Positions 16,495 through 25,605 of a stretch of DNA of 32,000 bases are shown piece after piece. Source of the DNA: Geobacter metallireducens GS-15 (GTDB lineage: Bacteria; Desulfobacterota; Desulfuromonadia; Geobacterales; Geobacteraceae); assembly GCF_000012925.1 (NCBI RefSeq), contig NC_007517.1:2520001-2552000 (forward strand). The letters are read 5' to 3'. The first letter of the stretch is position 1. Every line of letters starts with the position of its first letter. The notes below the pieces were generated by a model. It had not been told where the DNA came from. It made no database searches and worked only from the letters and a program-made list of their open reading frames with translations. The position numbers were made by a program, and so were the translations under genes.

Positions 16495-18990
16495 TCAATA
16501 ATTGTTGCTGCATTCCTTTTGCACTTCAACTGAACTTTCTTCTTCCTCAGTAGCAAATGAAACCTCGGACATGTTTACTGTCTCACTGTCAGCAACCGGT
16601 TTATTGAGCAAAAAATGCGACAATGCAGGAATCATTATCAATGCCCCGAACATATTCCACAGAAACATAAATGTAAGCAGGATTCCCATGTCTGCCTGGA
16701 ACTTGATAGGAGACCAGGCCCACGTAACCACTCCGGCAGCCAACGTAATGCCTACAAGCGCAACCACCTTTCCGGTGAAAAGAACCGCCCGTTTGTAAGC
16801 TGCTGTCAGCGTCAAACCTGCACGCTGATAGTCAAGTTGAACACTCAGCAGGTAGAGAGCGTAGTCGACTCCAATACCCACTCCGAGTGCTATTACCGGC
16901 AGAGTAGCAACCTTCACACCGATACCCAGCGCGACCATAAGCGCTTCACATAGAATGGAGGTGATCATGAGTGGGATCACTGCCACCAGGACGGCACGCC
17001 AGTTACGGAAAGTGATAAAACAAAGTAATGTGACCGCAGCATATACATAAAGCAACATTGTGCGATTCGCACGCTTAACTACTATATTAGTTACAGCATC
17101 AATACCGCTAGAGCCCGCAGCCATAAGAAACTGCCTTTCCTTGACATTATGTTGCGCGGCAAACTGCTCCACAACCTTCACTACGCGATCCAGAGTCTCT
17201 GCCTTATGATCAGTGAGATAAACCACAACTGGAACTATTGAACATGCCTTGTCGACGACATCCGGGTTGTCAGTCAGGTTCCATTGCACCGCACCACCCA
17301 ACATCATTGCATTGTTGGGAATAGCAAGCCATTTAGGATTTCCTTCAGCCAAGCCTGCCACTGTCTGCATTATGTTATCAGACAACGCAGTTGTGCCCTG
17401 TACCCCCGGGACATCTCGCAATATATTGGAAAGACGATCTATCTCATAAAGAGTTTCATAGGTACCGGCACCATTTTCTGGAGTTTTGACAATCACAACA
17501 AACTGGTCACTGGACAACTTATAGTTATTTGTAATAAAAGAATTGTCTCGATTGTAACGAGAGTCCGGCCGCAATTCCGGCGCACCGGCATCCAAATCAC
17601 CGATCTTCAACTGTGAACTCACAACGAGTCCAATGACCGCCAATATCGCCGACACTACAATGACCCTAATGGCCCAGGTTCTCTCGGTAAAACGGTCCAA
17701 GAAGTTCCAAAGCGACCCCAAACCTCTGCCACGACTCTCTACTACATCCTCATTAAGGGCGCGCCTAGCCGCAGATGGACTTACGCCTGTATAGGAAAGA
17801 AATACAGGCAGCAGCAGTAAATTGGTAAAAATCAGAATAGCCACTCCGAAACTGGCGGTTAAAGCCAGATCACGAATCACCGGGATATCAATCAACATGA
17901 GCACGCCAAAACCTACCGCATCGGCCATCAAGGCGGTTGCCCCCGCAAGAAACAGGCGTCGGAATGTGTACCGGGCTGCAACCGTTTTGTGCGTACCACG
18001 TCCAATGTCTTGCATGATACCGTTCATCTTCTGTGCACCGTGACTTACTCCGATGGCAAAGATAAGAAATGGCACAAGAACTGAGTAGGGATCAAGTTCG
18101 TAACCAAGCGTAGCAATAATTCCCAATTGCCACACAACGGCAACAAGCGAACAGAAAATAACCAACAGCGTACTACGGACGCACCGTGTGAAGGTATAGA
18201 TGATAACTGCAGCTATAACAGCTGCAACGGCAAAATAAATCATCATGAGGTACAGACCGTCAATCAGGTCACCGGCAAGTTTAGCAAAACCTATGATATG
18301 AATTTTGATCTTACCTTGGCTTGCAGACTCGTATTTTGTGCGAATTTTCTCCAGATCACGTGAAAAAGCGCCATAATCAAGTCGCTTACCTGTTTCATTG
18401 TTTGTATCCATAAGAGGCAACACGATCATGATTGATTTATAATTGTTGCCCACCAGACTACCTACAATGCCTGCCCTACGAATGTTCGAGTTGAATTTTT
18501 GCAAAGACTCAGGCGTATCGTAACTATCCGGCATCACAGCTCCGCCCCTGAACCCTTCTTCGGTTACCTCTGTCCATCGCACTCCGGCCATCCATATAGA
18601 CTTAACCCAAGGACGATCCACACCAGGGGTCAAATACAACTCTTCATTGATCTGTCTTGTAGTTTCAAGGAAATTTGTATTGAAAATATCGCCTTCAGTA
18701 TTTTCAACTACTACTCGGATATTGTTCCCCGCCGCTGGCAAATCTTTTTTGTTCTCAAAGTAGTTTTTGATATAGGGATGGTTCTGAGGAATCATTTTTT
18801 CAAAGCTGGCATTAACAACCAGTTTACTCAACTGGAATGCTAACAGAATCGTAATCAGGGCACATATACCAATAAGCCAATGCCGATTGTTGAAAACCAA
18901 TCTCTCCAACAGGTTGCCCGAGTTTTTATCAAAGTTTTTTGGATCAGACACAACCGGCATTGCATCGACTTGTTCAGTTTGGATTGCCAT
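16495..18990 (-). CDS. RND-superfamily transporter (MMPL/HpnN-like, single polypeptide)
   Basis: 831 aa. It has two repeats, each a large soluble loop followed by a block of hydrophobic helices (about aa 230-400 and 640-800). This is typical of the MMPL-like RND proteins that accompany DUF1302/DUF1329 genes. There is a GAGGA RBS. Confidence 0.8.
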   Translation of the reverse strand: MAIQTEQVDAMPVVSDPKNFDKNSGNLLERLVFNNRHWLIGICALITILLAFQLSKLVVNASFEKMIPQNHPYIKNYFENKKDLPAAGNNIRVVVENTEGDIFNTNFLETTRQINEELYLTPGVDRPWVKSIWMAGVRWTEVTEEGFRGGAVMPDSYDTPESLQKFNSNIRRAGIVGSLVGNNYKSIMIVLPLMDTNNETGKRLDYGAFSRDLEKIRTKYESASQGKIKIHIIGFAKLAGDLIDGLYLMMIYFAVAAVIAAVIIYTFTRCVRSTLLVIFCSLVAVVWQLGIIATLGYELDPYSVLVPFLIFAIGVSHGAQKMNGIMQDIGRGTHKTVAARYTFRRLFLAGATALMADAVGFGVLMLIDIPVIRDLALTASFGVAILIFTNLLLLPVFLSYTGVSPSAARRALNEDVVESRGRGLGSLWNFLDRFTERTWAIRVIVVSAILAVIGLVVSSQLKIGDLDAGAPELRPDSRYNRDNSFITNNYKLSSDQFVVIVKTPENGAGTYETLYEIDRLSNILRDVPGVQGTTALSDNIMQTVAGLAEGNPKWLAIPNNAMMLGGAVQWNLTDNPDVVDKACSIVPVVVYLTDHKAETLDRVVKVVEQFAAQHNVKERQFLMAAGSSGIDAVTNIVVKRANRTMLLYVYAAVTLLCFITFRNWRAVLVAVIPLMITSILCEALMVALGIGVKVATLPVIALGVGIGVDYALYLLSVQLDYQRAGLTLTAAYKRAVLFTGKVVALVGITLAAGVVTWAWSPIKFQADMGILLTFMFLWNMFGALIMIPALSHFLLNKPVADSETVNMSEVSFATEEEESSVEVQKECSNNY

Positions 18991-19016
18991 ATTGTCCTCG
19001 CATGTTGATAGTTTCG

Positions 19017-20075
19017 CTATTTAAGTGATTCAGTTATGACACCCCGCGAACCCACCGCAACAATGCCATTCTTGCCAGCTGGTGCCACACTGGAAAAGGC
19101 CATTGGACTTGAAACCTTCGCGGGCACAAATGTTTCGCTGCCAACGTCAATCACCAGAACCTGCCCGTCCTGACTCACCAAAACAGCACGGCCATCATCG
19201 AGAAATGTTCCTCCCGTAAGTCCAGCAGTGGTATTGGTATTCAACTTGCGCCATGTATTCCCGCGGTCGCTGCTGCGAAATGCGTTGCCACGCAGGCCGA
19301 ATGCAAGGATGGTCGTATCTTTTGCCAACAGCCCGAAAAAAGTTCCTTTGTACGGAGATGCTATTGTCACAAAACGTTGGCTGGCGCGGTCCCAGCGACG
19401 CAACATCCCCATCTCGCCGGCAAGATAAACTTCCTTACCAACCCCCTTGAGTGCATAAATGTGCAAGTTTTTTGGGTTATCTGTGCGCTCAAACAGGGGC
19501 ACCCACGTCTTACCGGCATCGGTTGTATGCATAATCAGATTAAATGCACCGGCAACAAAACCTTCTTTCTCATCAAGAAACCAAACATCCATAAAGGGCT
19601 TATCGGCCCCTTCCTGTAAAATACGTTGAATATCTGGAAGAATCTTGGAGGCAGCGGCATCTCCCTCTGCAGCCAGTTTTTCGTAATGTTTAAGCATTAT
19701 CTTGGCCACCTGATTGCCGTCAAGCTGTTTGGACCAGGTACGTCCACCGTCACCACTATGCAAAACGACACCATCATGGCCGACAGCCCAGCCTTGATCA
19801 GGCACCGGGAACTGCACTGACACAAGATTCGAACTGACCGGCACAGCAACCTGTTGCCACTTTTTCCCATTGTCGTCCGAAAGAAGAACGAGCCCCCTCG
19901 CCCCGACTGCAGCAAGTCTATTACCATTACGGGTAACCGCAGTGAGTTGGCTAGTCGTCGCATGGAGCTTCATAGACGCAGGGGTCTCAAGCGGTCCTTT
20001 GAATGCTTGTGCCGTTGTCACCCAACAAGTCATGAAAATGAAACATAACGATGTCTTTAATATTTTCGACAGCAT
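19017..20075 (-). CDS. Secreted BNR/Asp-box beta-propeller protein (Ycf48-like)
   Basis: The signal peptide is MLSKILKTSLCFIFMTCWVTTAQA. Four Asp-boxes are present: SDDNGKKW, SGDGGRTW, TTDAGKTW and SSDRGNTW. There is a GGAGG RBS. Confidence 0.8.
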   Translation of the reverse strand: MLSKILKTSLCFIFMTCWVTTAQAFKGPLETPASMKLHATTSQLTAVTRNGNRLAAVGARGLVLLSDDNGKKWQQVAVPVSSNLVSVQFPVPDQGWAVGHDGVVLHSGDGGRTWSKQLDGNQVAKIMLKHYEKLAAEGDAAASKILPDIQRILQEGADKPFMDVWFLDEKEGFVAGAFNLIMHTTDAGKTWVPLFERTDNPKNLHIYALKGVGKEVYLAGEMGMLRRWDRASQRFVTIASPYKGTFFGLLAKDTTILAFGLRGNAFRSSDRGNTWRKLNTNTTAGLTGGTFLDDGRAVLVSQDGQVLVIDVGSETFVPAKVSSPMAFSSVAPAGKNGIVAVGSRGVITESLK

Positions 20076-20210
20076 TTATGAACCTCCATTCTTCTTAATT
20101 ATTCTATTGGCAGCAGTAATCCGTTCTGCATGAAATTCCGGATGAAAAAACGGCATAAGTTATGGGCACAATTAGCCCAAAAGATACTCTTGTCCATGAA
20201 GAAGCATAAC

Positions 20211-21764
20211 TCAACACTTTAACTTACTACTTTCGTATTTCTTCTTGAGAGCAAGTTTGTCAATTTTCCCTGTAGCCGTATGTAGCAAGGCATCGGTGAA
20301 AACAACTGTCTTAGGCTTCGCATAGTTGGCCATTCTTGGCCGGCAGAATTCAATCACCTCTTCCTCGGTAAGGATTTCACCCTTTTTGGGAACGACAACT
20401 GCTTTTACCGCTTCGCCCCAGGTATCGTCCTGCACACCTATTACTGCGACTTCGGCAATCTTGGGATGATCGTGCAGCACATTTTCCACCTGCGCCGGAT
20501 AGACATTTTCACCGCCGGTAATGATCATGAAAGCCTTCCTGTCAACTAGATAGATATATCCCTCATCATCCACCATTGCCATGTCTTTGGTGTGGAGCCA
20601 ACCGCTTCGTATGGCTTCGGCAGTCTCCTCCGGTTTGTTCAAATATCCGGTCATGACCAATCCTCCACCGATCAGAATTTCACCAACCTCACCAGGTTTC
20701 ACATCCTGCCCTTTTTCGTTGACCACTCGTACAATGCAAAAAGCGGCCTCTCTCCCACATGAACCCATCCTCCGAACCGATTCACTTGATCCATTCAAAG
20801 CGGCAGCATGTTCCTCCGGTCTCAGGTAAACGACTCCAAAACTCTCAGAACAACCGTAGCACTGCGTAAACTTGCAGTCAGGAAGCAATTTCATGGCCTT
20901 TTTCAGAGTCTCCATAGGCATGGGTGCCGCGCCATACTTTATTAACTGCAAACTATTCAGATCATATTTCGCCGCATCCGCCCAATTCACCAGGAAATTC
21001 ACCACCACCGGCGCAAGATTTGTTTTGTTTATTTTATAATCCTGCACAGAACTGCAAAATTTCTGAGGATCCCATTCCCGTAGAATGGCAACAGTCGCCC
21101 CCCTGGAAAGGAACGCCAATGAGGTATAAAAGCCCACATGAAAAAGTGGAAATACATTAAGAAACCTATCATCGACGTCTACATAAAGTTCTATGAGCTC
21201 ACTACTGATTCTGTTCATTGCAATCTGGCGTGTCGCCATGGCCCCTTTTGGGGCACCGGTAGTGCCGGTCGTATATATAATGTGCGCAAGATCTTCGCCG
21301 GAAGTTGACACATCGGGTTCCATAGTAGAAGCCTTGGCAATAATGGATTCATATTCATGCATCCCTGTCACTTTGGTCCCGACCGATATACAGGTTTCAA
21401 GAAATGGCAGGTGAGGTCTCAGGGAATTGATGGTGTCGACAAATTCGGCACCTACCAATAGCACGCGGCAGCCCATATCCTCGATCACCTTTTTAATCCC
21501 TTCAGGAGCAAGACGATAATTTACCCCACCGACCGCAACACCGGCCTTGGCACCGGCAGCATAGGCATCAATAATCTCAGCACAATTCATCAGAAGAAAC
21601 CCGAGGCAATCCCCCTTCTTAAGACCACAATCAACAAGGACATTGGCGAGTCGATTCCATCTATCCCCTGCCTCTCTATAGGTAAATCGTCTATCTCCGT
21701 CTATTATTGCACTTTTGGTAGGGAATAATTTGGGGCCTCTGTTGAATATTTCTTTAAGAAGCAC
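20211..21764 (-). CDS. AMP-dependent acyl-CoA synthetase/ligase
   Basis: 517 aa with a GTG start after AGGGGG. Motifs are YTTGTTGAPKGA, TKDMAMVDDEGYIYLVDRK, ITGGENVYP and TATGKIDK. Confidence 0.9.
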   Translation of the reverse strand: MLLKEIFNRGPKLFPTKSAIIDGDRRFTYREAGDRWNRLANVLVDCGLKKGDCLGFLLMNCAEIIDAYAAGAKAGVAVGGVNYRLAPEGIKKVIEDMGCRVLLVGAEFVDTINSLRPHLPFLETCISVGTKVTGMHEYESIIAKASTMEPDVSTSGEDLAHIIYTTGTTGAPKGAMATRQIAMNRISSELIELYVDVDDRFLNVFPLFHVGFYTSLAFLSRGATVAILREWDPQKFCSSVQDYKINKTNLAPVVVNFLVNWADAAKYDLNSLQLIKYGAAPMPMETLKKAMKLLPDCKFTQCYGCSESFGVVYLRPEEHAAALNGSSESVRRMGSCGREAAFCIVRVVNEKGQDVKPGEVGEILIGGGLVMTGYLNKPEETAEAIRSGWLHTKDMAMVDDEGYIYLVDRKAFMIITGGENVYPAQVENVLHDHPKIAEVAVIGVQDDTWGEAVKAVVVPKKGEILTEEEVIEFCRPRMANYAKPKTVVFTDALLHTATGKIDKLALKKKYESSKLKC

Positions 21765-21867
21765 GACGCACCCCCTGTTGTTGATTGCAATCTTTTGTCA
21801 TATTGTTCGCTTTATTCATAATGTAGAATCAGAATGCAGTTCGTTTATCTATTTGTGCGTTTTCCAT

Positions 21868-21903
21868 GTGGTTCCGCAGCGGTTATCACCGCTGCGGAAC
21901 CAC
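21868..21903. other. Perfect 16-bp stem / 4-nt loop hairpin between the DUF1329 gene and the CoA ligase gene
   Basis: The sequence is GTGGTTCCGCAGCGGT-TATC-ACCGCTGCGGAACCAC. It starts 8 nt after the DUF1329 stop. No U-tract follows on either strand. Confidence 0.6.
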
Positions 21904-21910
21904 AACCAAC

Positions 21911-23245
21911 TTACTTCATATTCTCTTTAAGAATGAACGAAGTCATCGAATCTTGAGTCAGCTTACCGGGGGGGAGGAAGCGTACTGGCTTGTACCCGAA
22001 CTCAGGTACTTGTGTGTAAAAGATTCCAGTCACGAGATTATGGAATTGCTGTACATCTACGGCTGGAGCTTTGACATCATAGTTCGGCATGAGGGGAACA
22101 ATTTCAGACATAAAGAGTTTGCCCTTCGAGTCATAATCATCCATTACGCCGCCAAACCATGCGTCCTCGTCCAAGTAAATCATGCGTTTGCTGTAGATAT
22201 GGCGTTTACCCGGCTTCAGCCTCGCCTCGACCACCCACACACGGTGCAATTCCCAACGCATCACATCCGGGTTGGCAAACCCAGCCCTAAGTTGCTGTTC
22301 TTTTTTTGTCAAACAAAGTTTGTAGGTATTATAAGGGATATACATTTCCTTCTTTCCGACAAGTTTGAAGTCAAACCGGTCCATCAACCCACTGAACATG
22401 TCAGCGTCGTCATACGTATACACACCCGCTACCTGGGAAATCGGCGTATCGGCAGCCGCATCGGGTGACAGTCTGACACGGCGCGAAGCCGGCTGGTACG
22501 AGTATGCACGCCGTCCGATTTTCGAATCCACATAGTCAGTAATTATACTTGTCTGTCCATTGATACGAGCAGGGCCGATATACTCCCCACGATACATCCA
22601 GTATTGGTCAGGATTTTTCTTGCTCGGATTGTAGATACCATACTCTCTGTACATGAAAGTCGACTGGGTTTGCACTACTTCACCCGACGGCTTTACAAAG
22701 TAACCACCGACTTTGTAAATCATTGCAGGGAGCGCAGGTCGGGCAAAGTGGTTCCACATAACCTCGTAGCCGTTCTTGGGCACAGGAAAGGGGATACCAT
22801 GGCCACATCCTTTAGAGGTATCTAGAGATATTCCTCCATCGGTAGTTCTACATCTTGTCATATTCTTTTCTGTGTTCTCTTCAAAACTTTGGGTGTACGC
22901 TGCCGAACGTCGGGTTTGATATACATCCATCCGGAAGTTAGGATATTTTTTCAGCAAAGCCTTTTGCCCATCAGACAATTTATCAGCGTATTTATCCATG
23001 TTTTTTCCCGTTATCGAGAACAGGACCTTATCGCTGGCAAATGGATCCGGCAAATTCCCCATCCCCTTTACAAACCCTGCTGGCCGGCCGGTATAACCAC
23101 CTGTCCACGCAGGAATGGTGCCGTCCTTGTTACCAGCCTTTTCCGCTCCAGCTGGAGTAAGATGGGAAGGTAGGCCTGCCTGGGCCCCCCCTACATACGA
23201 TGTAGACACCACTAAGGCACCGATGATGATTTTTGTGAATTTCAT
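21911..23245 (-). CDS. DUF1329-family periplasmic protein (LolA-like fold family)
   Basis: Has a signal peptide followed by the characteristic N-terminus ...LTPAGAEKAGNKDGTIPAWTGGY... It is 444 aa with an AAGGAGA RBS and sits directly downstream of the DUF1302-like barrel gene. Confidence 0.8.
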   Translation of the reverse strand: MKFTKIIIGALVVSTSYVGGAQAGLPSHLTPAGAEKAGNKDGTIPAWTGGYTGRPAGFVKGMGNLPDPFASDKVLFSITGKNMDKYADKLSDGQKALLKKYPNFRMDVYQTRRSAAYTQSFEENTEKNMTRCRTTDGGISLDTSKGCGHGIPFPVPKNGYEVMWNHFARPALPAMIYKVGGYFVKPSGEVVQTQSTFMYREYGIYNPSKKNPDQYWMYRGEYIGPARINGQTSIITDYVDSKIGRRAYSYQPASRRVRLSPDAAADTPISQVAGVYTYDDADMFSGLMDRFDFKLVGKKEMYIPYNTYKLCLTKKEQQLRAGFANPDVMRWELHRVWVVEARLKPGKRHIYSKRMIYLDEDAWFGGVMDDYDSKGKLFMSEIVPLMPNYDVKAPAVDVQQFHNLVTGIFYTQVPEFGYKPVRFLPPGKLTQDSMTSFILKENMK

Positions 23246-23296
23246 AGTATCTCCTTTGCTTGGTGCAAGACTGTTAATACCGCCAAATTGATCTAC

Positions 23297-24931
23297 CTAG
23301 AATGCATACTTGTACGTGAATGATAACCAGCCACGATCCTGGAGTTGTGAACCATTGCTCGCGGTAATTGTACTGCCATTGTCCTTGTATGTTGCCAGAT
23401 AGCCGTTATATGCCAGACTGAACGTATGCAGGGTGTTGTAAATCGCATTGAAACCTACTCCATAGGAACCGGCACCTTCATTACCGCCCCCCATAGTTGC
23501 TCCGTTACCAAACAAACCATAAGAGACACTCATCGGCATCTCAAGATCCCAGCCCTCAGCGAAAGCTGTCCACGCGGGAGTGAATTTGAGATATCCCACC
23601 ATGTTCTCGTCTGTCACACAACCGTATGCAGCACTGTCTTTTCCTGGAGCCTTCTTGTAACAAGCATTGAACAGGTTTTCGTTATCAGTGACTCGAAGAT
23701 ACTTGCTGAATGCAAATTCGGCTATTACTGACGAGTTGGTCCATAATGGCGTATGGCCAAAGCTGCCGATCGCATTTGCCAAGATATGGACTGTATCGCC
23801 ACGTGCACCCTCGAGGGATCCATTGGCTATTGAACTGTTCAATGCCGTATTATGTCGATAACTGAACTCTGAACCGAAACTAAAACCTAAAAGCTGCTTA
23901 GAGAAACTGATACCCACGAGATGAGCATTCTTTGCGTAAACAGCTCTGTAGCTCCCGGCACCAGGGTTTAAGCTCACCCAGGGAGAGGTCTCGTCAAACA
24001 TCCGGTAATATAGACCAAGAGTTCCATCCAACCATTGGGGACTCCACCTGGCGCTAAGACCGAAGTCGCCATACGTATCCGGTTTTACTGCACCCTCTCG
24101 CCTCAGAAAAACGCCGGGTGCAAGTGAGAATCGATCTGGCCCATTAAGAATGAAATCGGTAGCAGCCAAATAGGTGCCCCCTTCCGGGAACCGGCTCCCT
24201 CGCCATTCCAAATAATATTGGCCTGCAACGGAGAGTTCCGGAGTCAGCTGTATTTTACCCGCAATCTGGGTAATCGGCATGGAGACTTCCTTTGCATCAA
24301 CACCAGGAGTTGAAAGTGCTTTCACTACATCGGTAGGAGCCTGAGCATAGGAAACGCTATGGGCGGACAAGACGACCGTTTCACCCCAAAGAACCGTCTG
24401 GCGCCCTATCGCCACATTAACCGGCATATCGCCAAGATCGAAGCTGCCCCACACATTTGCATCCAGCAATTCTCCCGAAGGTCCAATATAATATCGTTTT
24501 GTGTACGAGTTGTACTTGCCGCCGGAATAACTTCCACGGTCAGCCAAGGAAGGATTGGTCTTGGCATTATCATTGTACGCAACGTCAGCCCAAACCGCCC
24601 CACTCACGCGGATGCCCAATTTCTTTTTGTAGCTGAAATCAAGCTCTGACAAGAGGTCAAGCCGATTCGTCACCAAGTCTCCACTTTTGTCAAACTTGTA
24701 ATCACCTTCATCTGAAGACGCGGTGTTGCCAATCTTGTGGTCCATACTCTGGATACGCATGCCGAGGTTATAACGGATGTTATTTCCCCATGCCAGGAAC
24801 AGGTCTGGATTGCCTGTGTTAATTTCAAAGGCATTTGCCGCAACCAGTGAACCGAGAACACATGTTACTGCCACTAGAGAAACAACCGGGAAGCGGCACA
24901 ATTTCCATTTCGCTTTAAAAATATCGCTCAC
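23297..24931 (-). CDS. DUF1302-family outer-membrane beta-barrel protein
   Basis: The GTG start follows AGGAGG. It has a signal peptide (...VTCVLGSLVAANA), long stretches of alternating hydrophobic residues rich in Gly, Tyr, Asn and Ser, and a C-terminal ...FTYKYAF with terminal Phe (OMP signature). The family call comes from its pairing with DUF1329. Confidence 0.7.
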   Translation of the reverse strand: MSDIFKAKWKLCRFPVVSLVAVTCVLGSLVAANAFEINTGNPDLFLAWGNNIRYNLGMRIQSMDHKIGNTASSDEGDYKFDKSGDLVTNRLDLLSELDFSYKKKLGIRVSGAVWADVAYNDNAKTNPSLADRGSYSGGKYNSYTKRYYIGPSGELLDANVWGSFDLGDMPVNVAIGRQTVLWGETVVLSAHSVSYAQAPTDVVKALSTPGVDAKEVSMPITQIAGKIQLTPELSVAGQYYLEWRGSRFPEGGTYLAATDFILNGPDRFSLAPGVFLRREGAVKPDTYGDFGLSARWSPQWLDGTLGLYYRMFDETSPWVSLNPGAGSYRAVYAKNAHLVGISFSKQLLGFSFGSEFSYRHNTALNSSIANGSLEGARGDTVHILANAIGSFGHTPLWTNSSVIAEFAFSKYLRVTDNENLFNACYKKAPGKDSAAYGCVTDENMVGYLKFTPAWTAFAEGWDLEMPMSVSYGLFGNGATMGGGNEGAGSYGVGFNAIYNTLHTFSLAYNGYLATYKDNGSTITASNGSQLQDRGWLSFTYKYAF

Positions 24932-25096
24932 TAGACACCTCCTGCATTGTAAGGGTTATCCCATCTTCCCGAAATTTCCTTTCCGTCGATCTTTAAATTC
25001 CTCGTAGGTGACCTGTCTCTTCTGTATCGACAAAACATGTAAACCACTTTTTAATCCTCCTTTTCACTAGTCTAACCGGCCACCCAAAATAAAATT

Positions 25097-25112
25097 GTTC
25101 GAACGGTCGTTA
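25097..25112. promoter_or_regulatory. Operator-like site C (GTTCGAACGGTCGTTA)
   Basis: Lies 166 nt upstream of the DUF1302 gene start, inside a 674-bp AT-rich intergenic region. On the coding strand a possible -10 (TACTAT) sits directly upstream. It carries the same 10-nt core as sites A and B, in the opposite orientation. Confidence 0.4.
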
Positions 25113-25605
25113 TAGTACAACTGAACTATACACCGAATACAAGGTCAAGAAAAAAATCTGTAAAAAATACTTACGTTCTATTTAAAAACAAAAGGCATTA
25201 ATTTTACAACTTGTCGTATTTACATAGCTTTTAATGCCGCGCAAAGCAAATAACCAATAATCCCGGCCGCACATCAAAAAAATGGGAAACTTTGTTCTAT
25301 TGTTTACCGTGAAGCGAGAAAAAGACACAACTGTATAAATTAAAACTACAGCTGATATCTATCCGGATAGATGATCTCAACGATTACGCGAAAAAATTAT
25401 GGAAAGAAGTTCGTTAAGGAAGGACTACAAAGATTACCAATTTGCATGCAGTTGTCTCAGCATTCAAAATGAGGAGGTTGACGCTTTTTACCGTAAAGCT
25501 CCTTATAGACTGCCTTACAAAAATTCAGCAACTGTTTGTTCGGAAAGTGCACGCGGCAATTGCCGCTCTAGCCGCAAACATGCGGCAATCATTGCCTCAG
25601 GAGGT

